From Macrostomum lignano (taxonomy: Eukaryota), in NCBI GenBank assembly GCA_002269645.1, contig NIVC01000114.1:868001-932000 (forward strand): a stretch of DNA of 64,000 bases. Reading direction: 5' to 3'. Each line of letters begins with the position of its first letter. The stretch's first letter is position 1. The notes under the pieces are model-generated. The model made no database searches. It was not told where the DNA came from and saw only the letters and a list, made by a program, of their open reading frames with translations. Below are positions 34,666 through 47,198 of this stretch, in pieces. The position numbers and the translations under genes were made by a program.

Positions 34666-37600
34666 TCACAAGTGGGTACTTTCAAGTGGCTGACAATTAT
34701 GAGATGCGACATCGCCAGGTATGCCAGTTTCATCAGGTACCTAATTATGGTGTGTCATTTTAATTGGGGTACTTGAAATGTATGGCTTGTTGTATAGATA
34801 GCTGGCTTCTGTGAAATGGTGGCTGGGTTTTGTGAGATGGCTGCTGGCTTTTGTGAGATGGTGGCTGGCTTCTGTGAGATGGTGGCTGGGTTTTGTGAGG
34901 TGGTGGCTGGCTTCTGTGAGATGGTGGCTGGATTTTGTGAGATGGTGGCTGGGTTTTGTGAGATGGTGGCTGGGTTTTGTGAAATGGTGGCTGGGTTTTG
35001 TGAGATGGTGGCTGGGTTTTGTGAGATGGCTGCTGGCTTTTGTGAGATGGTGGCTGGCTTCTGTGAGATGGTGGCTGGGTTTTGTGAGGTGGTGGCTGGC
35101 TTCTGTGAGATGGTGGCTGGATTTTGTGAGATGGTGGCTGGGTTTTGTGAGATGGTGGCTGGGTTTTGTGAAATGGTGGCTGGGTTTTGTGAGATGGTGG
35201 CTGGTTTTTGTGAGATGGTGGCTGGGTTTTGTGAGATGGTGGCTGGGTTTTTTGAAATGGTGGCTGGGTTTTGCAAGATGGTGGCTGGCTTCTGTGAGAT
35301 GGTGGCTGGGTTTTGTGAGATGGTGGCTGGGTTCTGTGAGATGGTGGCTGGGTTTTGCAAGATGGTGGCTGGCTTCTGTGAGATGGTGGCTGGGTTTTGT
35401 GAGATGGTGGCTGACTTTTGTGAGATGGTGGCTGACTTTTGTGAGATGGTGGCTGGGTTTTGTGAGATGGTGGCTGACTTTTGTGAGATGGTGGCTGGGT
35501 TTTGTGAGATGGTGGCTGACTTTTGTGAGATGGTGGCTGGGTTTTGTGAGATGGGGGCTGGGTTTTGTGAAATGGTGGCTGGGTTTTGTGAGATGGTGGC
35601 TGGTTTTTGTGAGATGGTGGCTGGGTTTTGTGAGATGGTGGCTGGGTTTTTTGAAATGGTGGCTGGGTTTTGCAAGATGGTGGCTGGCTTCTGTGAGATG
35701 GTGGCTGGGTTTTGTGAGATGGTGGCTGGGTTCTGTGAGATGGTGGCTGGGTTTTGCAAGATGGTGGCTGGCTTCTGTGAGATGGTGGCTGGGTTTTGTG
35801 AGATGGTGGCTGGCTTCTGTGAGATGGTGGCTGGGTTTTGCAAGATGGTGGCTGGCTTCTGTGAGATGGTGGCTGGGTTTTGTGAGATGGTGGCTGACTT
35901 TTGTGAGATGGTGGCTGACTTTTGTGAGATGGTGGCTGGGTTTTGTGAGATGGTGGCTGACTTTTGTGAGATGGTGGCTGACTTTTGTGAGATGGTGGCT
36001 GGGTTTTGTGAGATGGTGGCTGGGTTTTGTGAGATGGTGGCTGGGTTTTGTGAGATGGTGGCTGGGTTTTGTGAAATGGTGGCTGGGTTTTGTGAGATGA
36101 TGGATGGGGCTGTGAGATGGTGTATGGGTTCTGTGACAAGATGCCTGGGTTCTAGGCTTCCTTGAATAAATGAATAAATAGTATATTTATCCTAATAATA
36201 TAAATGAGATGTTACATTGAAATGTAGAGATTATTACCTGTTCTAATGATTGACCCTCGGGAAGACCGACGCCCTCATCTCTGGCAGTGGAAGGCAGGGC
36301 TCGACCAGTATTGGCTCTCTATAGCGCAACAAAAAATGCTAATTTGTGAAAAAAACATTCTTTAGGTTTTTTACGTTAACATGGTTAGTACAGAATTTTA
36401 TTTCTTATTTATTTCCTTCGATCAAATCGGTCAATCGAGCTTTAAATTTGTGGTTTACGTGGTCTAAATAACTTGATCGTTAGAGTTAATCAGTTTAAAC
36501 ATAATTTTAAATGTTTTTTTGAAATTGTACATACCAGTTTGCCTACACAATTACACCTTTTCACGTTCAATCCTGAACAAAGTCCAGTTCCAAAAAAACT
36601 AGCGGAAATTCAATTCAGACAATTCAGACTGGGGACAATTTTGTCTATGGCTAAACCTCGCTTCCGTAGCAGAATGTTTTGAACTGGGGTTTGTTGCCCC
36701 AGTCTGAATTGTCTGAATTGAATTTCCGCTAGTTTTTTTAGAACTGGACTTTGTTCAAAATTGAACGTGAAAAGGTGTAGTAAATTTGAGATAATACACT
36801 AGAGCTTGAAATATTGTAGAAAGATAAATAAAAATTCCGTACCTGTCAAAGATGCTCGAGTCAAAGGACTATGGGTACATTTTAACAAAAAAAGACTTGT
36901 TCATTGAGAATTTATAACACATAGTCGCACTTACTAAGCAAACGTAGCTAGCGTCCTGTCTACCATCAGTCTGCAGTGGATTTTCGTAAGTGTACATCTA
37001 AATTCGAAGAATTGATATGCCATGTTAGTTATTTACTGCAACCACACATCGTGTGAAGTTATTACACAACTAAAGAAACTTACCGCGCTAGACTCTCTTT
37101 GATCAGGGGCAAGGTAGCCACTGCTAGGACGCAGCTCTACATTTGCGTCTGCCTGGGACACCGGCTGGCTTCCATTGGATTCTCTGTCAGAGGCAGCGCT
37201 TTGAGAAGTTGGACGACGATTCAGCTTCTTTTTTAAACAAACTGCTAGTAAAGATGCTGGAATGAAGTCATAGATGAATGGGTATGTTATTTGGGGCATG
37301 TTGGGGTTCTGTGGGATGATGGATGGGTTCCGTGAGATGGTGGATGGGCTCTGTGATATAATAATAATAACTGATTTCACCTGCCCTAATGGACAGATGT
37401 GCAACCGACAGCTCAGCCGCAGCTATTGCGCGGCGCATCTGAAGTATGCTTAGGGCTGTTCAGTCTGTCGACTGTGGTTGGGGGTCGCCACACACCCTCA
37501 AATACCCCAGCTAATGCTGGTACCCATTTTACAGCTGGGTACTCAGGCACATTGTCTCATGAATGTATTTTTAGTAGCCGTAAATAGTGATTTCGAAGCG

Positions 37601-40600
37601 TTGAATAATGAGCGTACAGCATGGGACAATGCTTATTTTTTACGGCTACGAGCCGGGCCGAAATATTTTGAGGGCATTATCTTCTTCTTATCTTTGAAGA
37701 CCTCTTTATGATATGTATGCCTTTTAGTACTAACTATGTCTATGGGCAAGCCTGCGAGCTGAAGTTGAGCTGGATTAAAAGAGAGACAGTTCGCTAAGTT
37801 AGACGCTAACGCGCGAGAAATACACACGGCGTAAAAGCCAGAGCCTTGAGCTGACTAAACTTCTAAGTTGCTTTACTTAGTGACTACGTGATTTGTGCAA
37901 AGACGTAACACTTTAGCACTCTAAACGGAGGCAAATACCTTACAAAACTTGATGCCACGCAGTCCTTTCTTCAGCTGGAGCTTGATGAAGATTCTAAGAA
38001 ATATATGGTACTCAACATGCTCAAAGACTATATCAGTGTCGACAGTTGCATTATGGCTTGGCAAGCGGACAAGCTGTGTTCCAAATGGCAATGGACAAGA
38101 TACTTCAAGGACTAAATCGTTTAATTGGCTTCATAGACGATATCATGGTGGTTTGCAAAAACTTCGAAGAGCATTTGAACAACTTAACAACCGTGTAACA
38201 ACGTTTCCGAGAACGTGGTGTAAGGCTAAAGAAATCAAAATGTAAATTTATGCTCGAATCCATAACGTTTATTGGATACAGAATGGACAAGAATGGAATC
38301 TACCCCACTGAAGATAAGTGCAGGCCATTCGAGATGCACCTAGACCTCAGAGTATTTCGGAATTAAGAGCTTGGCTTTGTTTAGTCAACTAGTACGGGAA
38401 GTTGATTCAGAACCTTTCTGCATTAATGCATCCATTCTATAAACAATTGCAAAAGGATTGAAAAATAATTTGACTGGTCAAATGATTGCGAGTCTGCTTT
38501 TGGAGAAATAAAGAAACAGCAAATGTCGAACAAAGTACTGATGTACTATGATTCGACGAAGAAGTTAAATTGGAGTGCGATGCTTCATCATATCGTCTTG
38601 GAGCAGTGATCTCACATGAAACACCGACAGGCGACAGTCTGATTGCATACGCATCAATGACTCTATCTTCTGCTGAAAAGAACTACGCCCAAATCGATAA
38701 AAAGGCTTTGGCTATAATTTTTAGTCTAAAAAAGTTTCACGAGTATTTGTTAGGTCACTCATTAACATAAGTGACGGACCACAAGCCTCTCGTACCAATA
38801 TTTGATTCAAGAAGACCAATTCCGCCAGTTGCAGCCAGCCGATTGCAAAGATGAGCTATGTTTCTCGGTGCGCACTCGTAAGACATTGAAGTTAGAAACA
38901 CTGACTGCCACTGCAATGCTAATGAGCTATCAAGACTCCCAGAAAACTTCGCCGACACGAAAGAAACTACGACGTAGCTCCAGCTTGATCCAGCAAGTCC
39001 TAATCAGTAGGCTTCCTGTACAGGCTAAGGTCATCGCAGAGGAAACTTTGAAGGATCCAGTACTCAAAAAAGTATTGACTCGATCTAGACAAGAATGACA
39101 GGATTCTTCAAAACAACGCTGAGCGTCTCAGCTGACGCTGAGTTGAAGCCGCACACGAAAAAGACACGAGTTTGGTATAAAATCTGAGGTGATCCTGCTG
39201 GGAATGCGAGTAGTAATACTATATGCTCTACAGCACTTGGTTCTTGAAGAACTTCATGAGGGTCACCCGGGTATGGTCCTCACAAAATCAAGGGCCAGAA
39301 TGTACTGCTGGTGGCCCCAGATAGACAAGGATATAGAAGCAGCGTGAGCCACTGCCGGAGGTGTCAATTGCATCGTTCAAATCCACCTAAAGCACCCCTA
39401 AGCCCATTCTCGTGGCCTACTACTCTTTGGACGAGAATTTATGTAGACTTTGTGGAACCATTCAAGTCCTGGATGTTTTTGGGTGACGTTGATGCTACTA
39501 GTAAGTTCCCTGCACTCATTCACATGAAGAAAGCAACATCTAAGAATAAGATTGGGTCATTGAGAGAAATCTTTGTCCGATTTGGTTTGCTCAAGACCCA
39601 AGATCAAAGAAATTGTCCGAAAATATGGTAAAACAAATAAAAAATGCATTGAAAGCATCGGCAAAGGTGACATGCGAAAACAACTTTCAAATTTCTTATT
39701 CCGAGCCAAAAACAACACCTCACAGCACAACTGGAAAGACTCCAGCTGAACTTCTTTTTGGTAGAAATCTAGGAAAAAACTGCCATTTCTCTTTCCGGGC
39801 GCGGAATCGAAAGTTCTGTGTGTCCAGAACAAGAAAAATAGTATTATGATGACGCAAAAATAACTGCGTCTGTGGAATTTTCTTTCGGAGAGCGAGTCCA
39901 GATAAAATATTTACGACGAGGAAAAGCCAGATGGACTATATGGACTATACTGAGACGTACAGCCCATTAACACATACTCTGTTAGAGTCGGTGATCTACT
40001 TTGGAAGCGACATGCGAATTAGCTTCTGAAGACTAGACAACGACTACAAGCGACCATTGAACCAAAGCTGGAATGGAATGATTTCAAAGTAACTATTTCT
40101 TCAGAAACAGAGCAGGATGCTTCACATGCTACAGAAAAGTCAAATGCAAGCAGTGGTCAGTCTCCGAAGGAAATTGGATTGAACCAACAACTTGGACGTG
40201 GTTACAATCTAAGGAATAGAGGATTGCTAAAGATGCCTGTACGATACCAGGCAGGAAAGGGAGAGGTGTAGTATCTATGGAAATACTTATGCGTTGACTT
40301 GCTAAGTCAAGCTCGCTAGTAAAAAATTACACACACACACACACGCACACCCCACTCCTTATTTTGTTACGGCTACAACCAGGCCAAAATATACTGAGGG
40401 CATAATCTTCTTCTCTGTCAACCGATACCTCGCGTCTTTGCGTTCCTTACTTCAACTGTTCTGATTTAGGTCGAGGATCGAACCTCGACCTTCCTGTCGT
40501 GAGTCCGACGCTCTAATCACTAGGCTACAACCCCCATATGAGTGCTGTGAGACGATGGATCGGGTCTTTGAAATAATAGATGGGATCTGTGACATGGTGA

Positions 40601-43600
40601 ATGATGTGATAATGATGATGAATTTTTATAGCATTTGTATCTTTTTACAAGTCTTAGGGTTAATACATGCTGTTACAGCTCACAGGAACTCCTCACCAAT
40701 AAAGATGACAACAAGGGCGGCGCTGACCGCAACAACGATGGCTGTGGGAAAATCAGCGGGCGACGCTTCCTTGATGGAACACTCTTTGCCAAGAAACCCA
40801 GCAGGGCAGTCGCATTTGAAGTCGTTCCAAAGAGCCACACATTGGCCACCATTCAAGCAGACATTGGAACTTCCTTCGCTAGTTTTCTGGCAAACCGCGT
40901 CGCCATGACAACCAGGCAGGATTGACGACGCAGCCATCCAATTGAATCCCGAGTAGCCGCTTGGCAGGGAGCGATTAACGAGTGGCACCAAGTAACCGTT
41001 GAGTCGCAAGTTGTCAAGGCAACCTTTAAATCCGGGGCCCCCAGCTGTAACCGTAGCAGAAGAATCCAGGATCAAACCAGCTGGAATCGGCGTTGTGTCT
41101 GCCAACACCCGGAAATCGCTGGCATTGATTGACACACCAGCGGTCAAAAAGGTGCCCTCAGCACAACTAATACTGAAGTTAAATGGTAAACCTGTTGCTA
41201 TGGAAACCGCCACCAATACTGTCCGGTCGTCAAGAGAGACTTTAAAGTGTCCGGACTCGCAACCAACTGACAACTGATGACTGCCGCTGAGCACGGTCAG
41301 TAGATGGCAGTCTGACTGGCGAGTGCGGCCCCAGCCGGTAACCGCAGTCAGAGTTTCGTTGAGACCAGTCACCGATAATGCAATCTGGCTGCTTGATGGC
41401 GATATCAGAGAGCTGCTGAATGTTGCAGCTGTGCGGCCTGAGTTTCAGAGGAAATTTAGCCACATGTCAAAATAGAAATACAAGAGAGTGCTACTAACAG
41501 TAGTCTGTAACTTACACTCGAATCCGCCAGAGTCCAATTTAACGCACTCCGTTCCGTTAGGGCAGTATTGGTCAGCAAAATAGCAATGGTCTTTCATTGT
41601 ACAATTGGGTCCGAGCCATCCCTCAGTGCAGTTGCACCTGTGAAAAGTTAGTTACACGGCAAGAAGATTATGATTCGTTGGCACGCACCTGGTCGATCTG
41701 AGAGAAACAGCTGCCCATGACTCACGTACTCACGTCGATCTCTCGGCTGCAGGTTAGGCCCTCGTAGCCAGGCAGGCAGTGGCAGGTGAATGAGGCCAGG
41801 CCGTCCGTGCAGCTCGACGCGTGAGCGCACACGCTGCGGTTGGTTGTCGGATCCAGACAGTCGTTCGGGTTGATTTCGCACGTGTCACCGTTGGTACCTG
41901 TTGTAGTTAAGTAGAAAAACAGATTGGAATCTATGCAGTCTTTGCGTACAAGATCTTCTCACCATTTTTGCAGAGGCAGACGAAACCGGCAGCCAGCGCG
42001 TAGCTGAAGCTGCCGTTGAACGGCGCTGGCATCGTCGGGTTTCCATACAGAGCCTGGTTGCTGCGCTCCAGACAGGCGCCACCGAACTGGCACGGATTCG
42101 GCGAGCAGTCCGGAATGTCATCGGAGCAGGTCTTTCCTGAGTAGCCGCTGAAGCAGCTGCAGCTGAAGTCTCTGAGCCCGTCAGTGCAGGTGGCGTTGTG
42201 GCTGCACGGGTTGCTGGCGCAGCCGTCAATGCGGCTCTGGCAGTTCGGTCCGTTGAAGTCGGTTGCAGAGCAGTCGCAAGTGAACCTGCATTTATTAGAA
42301 TAATTTTATTTGATTACCTTCAAAAAACTACCAGATAACTACATTTGGAACTAAAATAAATGCTTGTATTCAGATGAGCCATCAATAATGGAAAAGTACC
42401 GTATGTACGCATTTTTTCGCTTTTTTGCACGTCCTGATTTGCCACTTTTCTGAGAAAGAAAAGCTTTTAGAATGTCAATCAGAAGCCAGGAATACTCTCA
42501 GAATATCTTAGAACGTATTTTCAAGCAACAGATGCTTCAGTTTTACATGTTTTTTTAATTTACAGATTTTTAATCAGCAATCAGATTAGCAGGAGTGCTA
42601 CAGACGCTGACAAGTGGCAAAAAAGTTTCTTATTTTTCGACTTTAAAGTTTTCACTTTAAAGTTTGTACTCCCAAATGGGCCGCTTCTCAATTAACAGGT
42701 AAAAAGTACCTGTTAACAGGCACTTTGCCAGAGTGTCTTGCGTCGTTCGAACAGGCATCCATCCGATAGGCTAAAATTTGACACCACATTCGAAAAAATT
42801 CGCCCTGAAATAAAAAAATTTCCTTAACAACATCTGAAATCAAAAAATTTCCTTAACAACATCTGAATTTTGGGCGAGCCCCCGGCCTCTTTTTCCGCGA
42901 TTTCCGGGCCTCTGCTCCGCACGGGTAGCGCCAAATTCTTAGTAACTCCAGGAAAACAAACTTCGATCTGTTTGAAACGTCGCGTTAAAGTCTCAACACT
43001 GTAGCATGAAAAACTTACTCAAGTTCTGGGACTAAGTTTTTAACTACGGTCGTTATCAGGCACTTTTTGATACCTGGGCAAGTTATTAATGGCCCAATCA
43101 GCCGGATCTCAGTTTTTCCGAATAGAAGACATCCATTTGAGTGATTTGGTGTAGAAAACATCAAAAATATAGTTTTCCATCTCGATGAGATGCGCCTCTC
43201 AAAAGCGCACTAAAAATGTGTACTTTTAAAGTGCAGACACGAGCGTAGGCAGCCATGTGAAAAGTACATTTTAGACCAAAAAACTATAGCGCATCAAACA
43301 GCCCCAGGTGTTGTTGACGCAAGGCAGCAGCTCAAAAGCCGCGCTGTTGCGCGTCCATTTCGCTGCGGTGAGTCAATGTTGAAAAAATGCCTAATTTTCG
43401 ACATCAAAAAACACGTTCTTTGTACTTTTAGCTTGAAAGTTCAAGTGCAATAAAAATTAATTTCGGATCGTTGTAGCGTTCGAATAGCCGCGTCTACTGA
43501 GCCCGCTCGCTAAGCGCTACCATATTCTCAATCCTAATTTTTTTGAGATCAAAGTTTTTCAAAGTGCCGAAAAAGGCTAGAGGCTAAAAGCTAAAGGCTG

Positions 43601-46473
43601 AAAGCTACCAGGCTAGAGTCCGCTACCTGAAACCTTCCAGGCTAGAGTCTATCCACTTCCTGAAACTCTCCAGAGAGGGATCGCGGTGCGGTCAGCGGCA
43701 CCACCGGATCTCCCTGTTCGAAACCGCAGCAATAACTGCCCGTGGTGGCCAGGGCCAGGGCCTAGAGCCCCCTGCAGATGATTCAAGTCAAGAAGGAGAA
43801 CTCACGTGCCGTTGCCATCAATGCACCTGCCGCCATTGAGGCAGGCGTCTGTTGGACAGTCATTGTGGTTGATGCTGCAGTTCCTGCCCTCCCAGCCTGT
43901 GAAGCAGCTGCAGTTGTAGTCAGTCGCCAAGTCTGAGCACAGGCCGTTAGCGCAGGGCTTGCTGGCGCAGTCATCAATGTTGATCTCGCAGTTGGTGCCT
44001 GTGTTAAAAAAACTGGAAATGTCAAAACTAACAAAGAAGTCAAGCTTTCTTGCTCGCTCTGCTACCCATGATATTTAGCATACATTTCAGGCATCAGTGA
44101 AACCTAAAAATAAGGGAACCTTAGTGCGGAAGCGCTAAAGCATGCGCATTATGCATATGAGCGTAGACTAAGGCAGAGAGATGCGACTGAGAGTTTACGA
44201 AGCCTCTTGGCGTTCATTAGATCGATACAACGATTGTTACATAACTGGGTATAAAAGATAGAGATAGGGGTGAGTGAAAAGCATGTACACTGTACAATAG
44301 CAACCCCCAACCTCGCCCTAGCGACTGGCGCATAAAAGTACACTTGCAACTCACTACATGAGTACTCGTACCAGAGCCTTGTCTCAAGCGTCAAAGTCAC
44401 TAGCAACCCCCAACCTCGCCCTAGCGACTGGCGCATAAAAGTACACTTGCAACTCACTACATGAGTACTCGTACCAGAGCCTTGTCTCAAGCGTCAAAGT
44501 CACTAGCAACCCCCAACCTCGCCCTAGCGACTGGCGCATAAAAGTACACTTGCAACTCACTACATGAGTACTCGTACCAGAGCCTTGTCTCAAGCGTCAA
44601 AGTCACTAGCAACCCCCAACCTCGCCCTAGCGACTGGTGCATAAAAGTACACTTGCAACTCACTACATGAGTACTAGAGCTTGTCTCAAGCGTCAAAGTC
44701 ACTCAAAGCAGCCACCGTATTGAATGCTTCTAACAACCAAAACAATATACCCTAAACCATGTCCATCCTGCATACATGCGTACTAGATAGCTGGATAGCA
44801 TTGTCTCAAGCTTAGCAAATCTAAAGATAATTTTGGTAGCTGCAGTGGCGTTCACAGTAATTATAATTGAGGTGGCTACACTATTGGCTACCTTAAGGGG
44901 CGCCAATATTTAATTCGATTTCGAGTACAATCTGAGTACAACTCGCGCACACAACCGTCCTAAAATGAAGTCGAAACTTAAAACTTTCTGAATGGTGACA
45001 GAGCGAGCATCATATCGGGTCCTGGCCAGGAGCAGAGTTCTACCAAGGCTTGTGCGATGAACGGAAAGAGCAATCCGATAGTGGGTTGGCGCCTCGGACA
45101 CTGAGGTGGGCGCCCCTGTCTGTGAGGTGGATGCCCCTGTCTGTGAGGTGGGCGCCCCTGTCTGTGAGGTGGATGCCCCTGTCTGTGATGTGGGTGCCCC
45201 TGTCTCTGAGGTGGGTGCCCCTGTCTCTGAGGTGGGTGCCCCTGTCTGTGAGGTGGGTGCCCCTGTCTCTGAGGTGGGTGCCCCTGTCACTGAGGTGGGC
45301 GCCCCTGTCTGTGAGGTGGATGCCCCTGTCACTGAGGTGGGTGCCCCTGTCTCTGAGGTGGGTGCCCCTGTCTCTGAGGTGGATGCCCCTGTCTGTGAGG
45401 TGGCCTAGCCATGCATGAAACTCCAAGGACGGTAGAAAACTTATCCAAGATGTGGCAAAATTTAGGCTCTTGTCTTTCAACAAGATTGTTTAACGCTTTC
45501 ATTCAGTTTTTAAGGTAAGAAGTTGGGGTGGGGTGCAAATATTTTGGCCTGTTGTTGGGTGGGGGGAAGCTACCCTCCCCTTATTAGCCCTCTCAGTGAA
45601 TGTCATTGACTATTTGTAGTAAGCTATTAGTTTGCCTCAAATCTTATTCGGCTGTGAATTTAGCTAAAATTTTAAAGGAGCAAAACATAAAATCTGTATT
45701 TGATATTATTTCTTCTATTTCTTCAAATAGATTTTTACTACCGTTTCAATTTCAACTGGCTTTGCCCCACCTGGTCACCCACCTGTGTAGCCAGGAGCGC
45801 AGCTGCAGTGATACCAGGGGCTTGTGTCTGTGTTGCTGCAGGTGCCTCCGTTTTGGCAGGGACTGCTTGAATTGGTGCTGCTATCCGAAGTTGAAGAACA
45901 GTAGTTTATTAAATGAGTGGTGCAATAAGGACCAGTGTACGGCTCAAGACACAGACACGGAGTGTCTGACGTCACAGGACCGGGCCAGCAAATGCCGCCA
46001 TTCTTGCAGTCGCCCTCGCTGCAGGCGGCTCGCCTCGTCCGAACCAACGTGTTGGCGTCCTTGTCAAACTCTACAAAAAAATTTTGGGTTGTTATAAAGT
46101 ACATATGCGGGTCCTTCTCATGGGCTCTCGGGGTATTAAAATTGGGATAAAAAGTCAATTATGTCAATTGGATGAGGTCAACCTAAAGTTTTTTTCTTCA
46201 AATGAGCAACTTGGATGATGAGATGTCTCAGCGGCTGTAGTTGTCGATCGCAGTCTGGAGTTTCACCTCAGGTTTATTTCGGTACTTTAATTGGCATTCG
46301 TATTATAAAAAAGCAAGCTTTACCGAAGAAAACATTAGCAAGCGTAAAAATCACGTCAACTCACCAGCTGATTGTAAATCCTTTGAAACGGACTTGGAAG
46401 AGACCAGAGATGCCAGGTTTAACATCAAGATTATTTCCAAAGTCAGTAGCAGCTGTGCTTTGCATGAAAACAT
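34666..46473 (-). CDS. Crumbs-like EGF/laminin-G type I membrane protein, array copy 4 (one LamG deleted)
   Basis: Exons 46473-46365 (signal), 46070-45783, 43998-43806, 42285-41963, 41897-41726, 41637-41516, 41437-40697 (LamG GPGFKGCLDNLRLNG, EGF, TM start), 37256-37084, 36997-36935, 36318-36238, 34740-34666. The small tail exons are the least certain. Confidence 0.72.
34802..36120. repeat. 21-bp minisatellite tgtgagatggtggctgggttt (~60 units), last intron of copy 4
   Basis: Strict 21-bp period with higher-order blocks; gives the ISQNPAT/MVAGFCE ORF artefacts. Confidence 0.97.
36554..36777. mobile_element. 224-bp fold-back MITE with TA target duplication (Tc1/mariner-like)
   Basis: ~80-bp near-perfect inverted arms (caccttttcacgttcaa..cagactgggg / ccccagtctg..ttgaacgtgaaaaggtg) flanked by TA; not seen in the paralogous copy 5 intron. 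Confidence 0.8.
37478..37556 (-). mobile_element. SINE body/3' fragment
   Basis: Minus strand cccagctgtaaaatgggtaccagcattagctgggg..gtggcgacccc matches 54298-54375. Confidence 0.6.
37870..40325 (+). mobile_element. Decayed Ty3/Gypsy element in an intron of copy 4
   Basis: Interrupted RT (YGLASGQAVFQ..FIDDIMV), RNase H (ECDASSY..AEKNYAQIDKKALA), integrase (LHEGHPG..CRRC..YVDF); PPT aggaaagggagagg followed by TGTAGT at 40267; several stops and frameshifts. Confidence 0.88.
40466..40535 (-). mobile_element. SINE tRNA-like head (fragment)
   Basis: Minus strand ggggttgtagcctagtgattagagcgtcggac..ggttcgatcc matches the head at 54173. Confidence 0.65.
44298..44703. repeat. 103-bp tandem repeat, about 4 units
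   Basis: tagcaacccccaacctcgccc recurs at 44298, 44401, 44504 and 44607. Confidence 0.92.
45102..45402. repeat. Same minisatellite family, copy 4 intron
   Basis: Variants gaggtgggtgcccctgtctct and gaggtggatgcccctgtctgt. Confidence 0.93.
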
Positions 46474-47198
46474 TGCGGATCAACGGTTATGTTTGATTGT
46501 GGTTTCTATTGAAGCTGCAATCAGTCTTGATCGACTTGGAGAAATGTTCTCGAGGCATGAAGTATTAGTGCGATTTTTTATTTAGGATGCGACAAAGACC
46601 CAATTCCCTCTAATTTCGAAGTTTTGAACTGATTAGAAAACATGAATAACTAAAAACATTGACGGCTTTAAAAAATTAAAACTGTCGCCTTTACTAACTA
46701 ATAATTATTTATTTATCGTGCAAATTACGAGCCACTAAAGACGTACGCTCCATTTAAAATAAAATCTACAAAATACATGTAATTGAATTTGTTTTAATGC
46801 TTGGATAAATTGTATCGACGCTAAAACAGACGCTTAATATGATTTACCGATCATGTCATCATAAGTAGGTCTTTACTGATTACTGCCAAAACACAGCGCA
46901 CTGCTGGCTAACACTGTATTTTAGAAAGTCAGGGGGTCTAGAGTAACATTGTGCAATAAACAAACTAATCAGTGCGTTCAGTGACTCATGACATGCAATA
47001 GAATAAATTTCACTTGTTTGTTTTACTCTGAGCGTTTAAAACTACAGAAAGTAACAGCAGTGAAGTAATCGCAACCAGCTGGTAAGAAATGCAAAAAAAT
47101 AACAAACAAAAATACATTTAACAGATAATACATGTAGAGTGAATTGCTAATTTATAAGTAATGTATGAAGACAGTGTTTTTGAAAATTGCGCAAAGTC

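Noticed and set aside
34755-36165. ISQNPAT/SHKTQPP/MVAGFCE ORFs as a mucin-like exon
   Set aside because: Open in four frames, the paralogous array reads in other frames, and a conserved phase-0 terminal exon lies just beyond it.
46241-46585. Duplicated plus-strand ORF (also 33836-34027)
   Set aside because: It is the antisense of the signal-peptide exon within a duplicated block.
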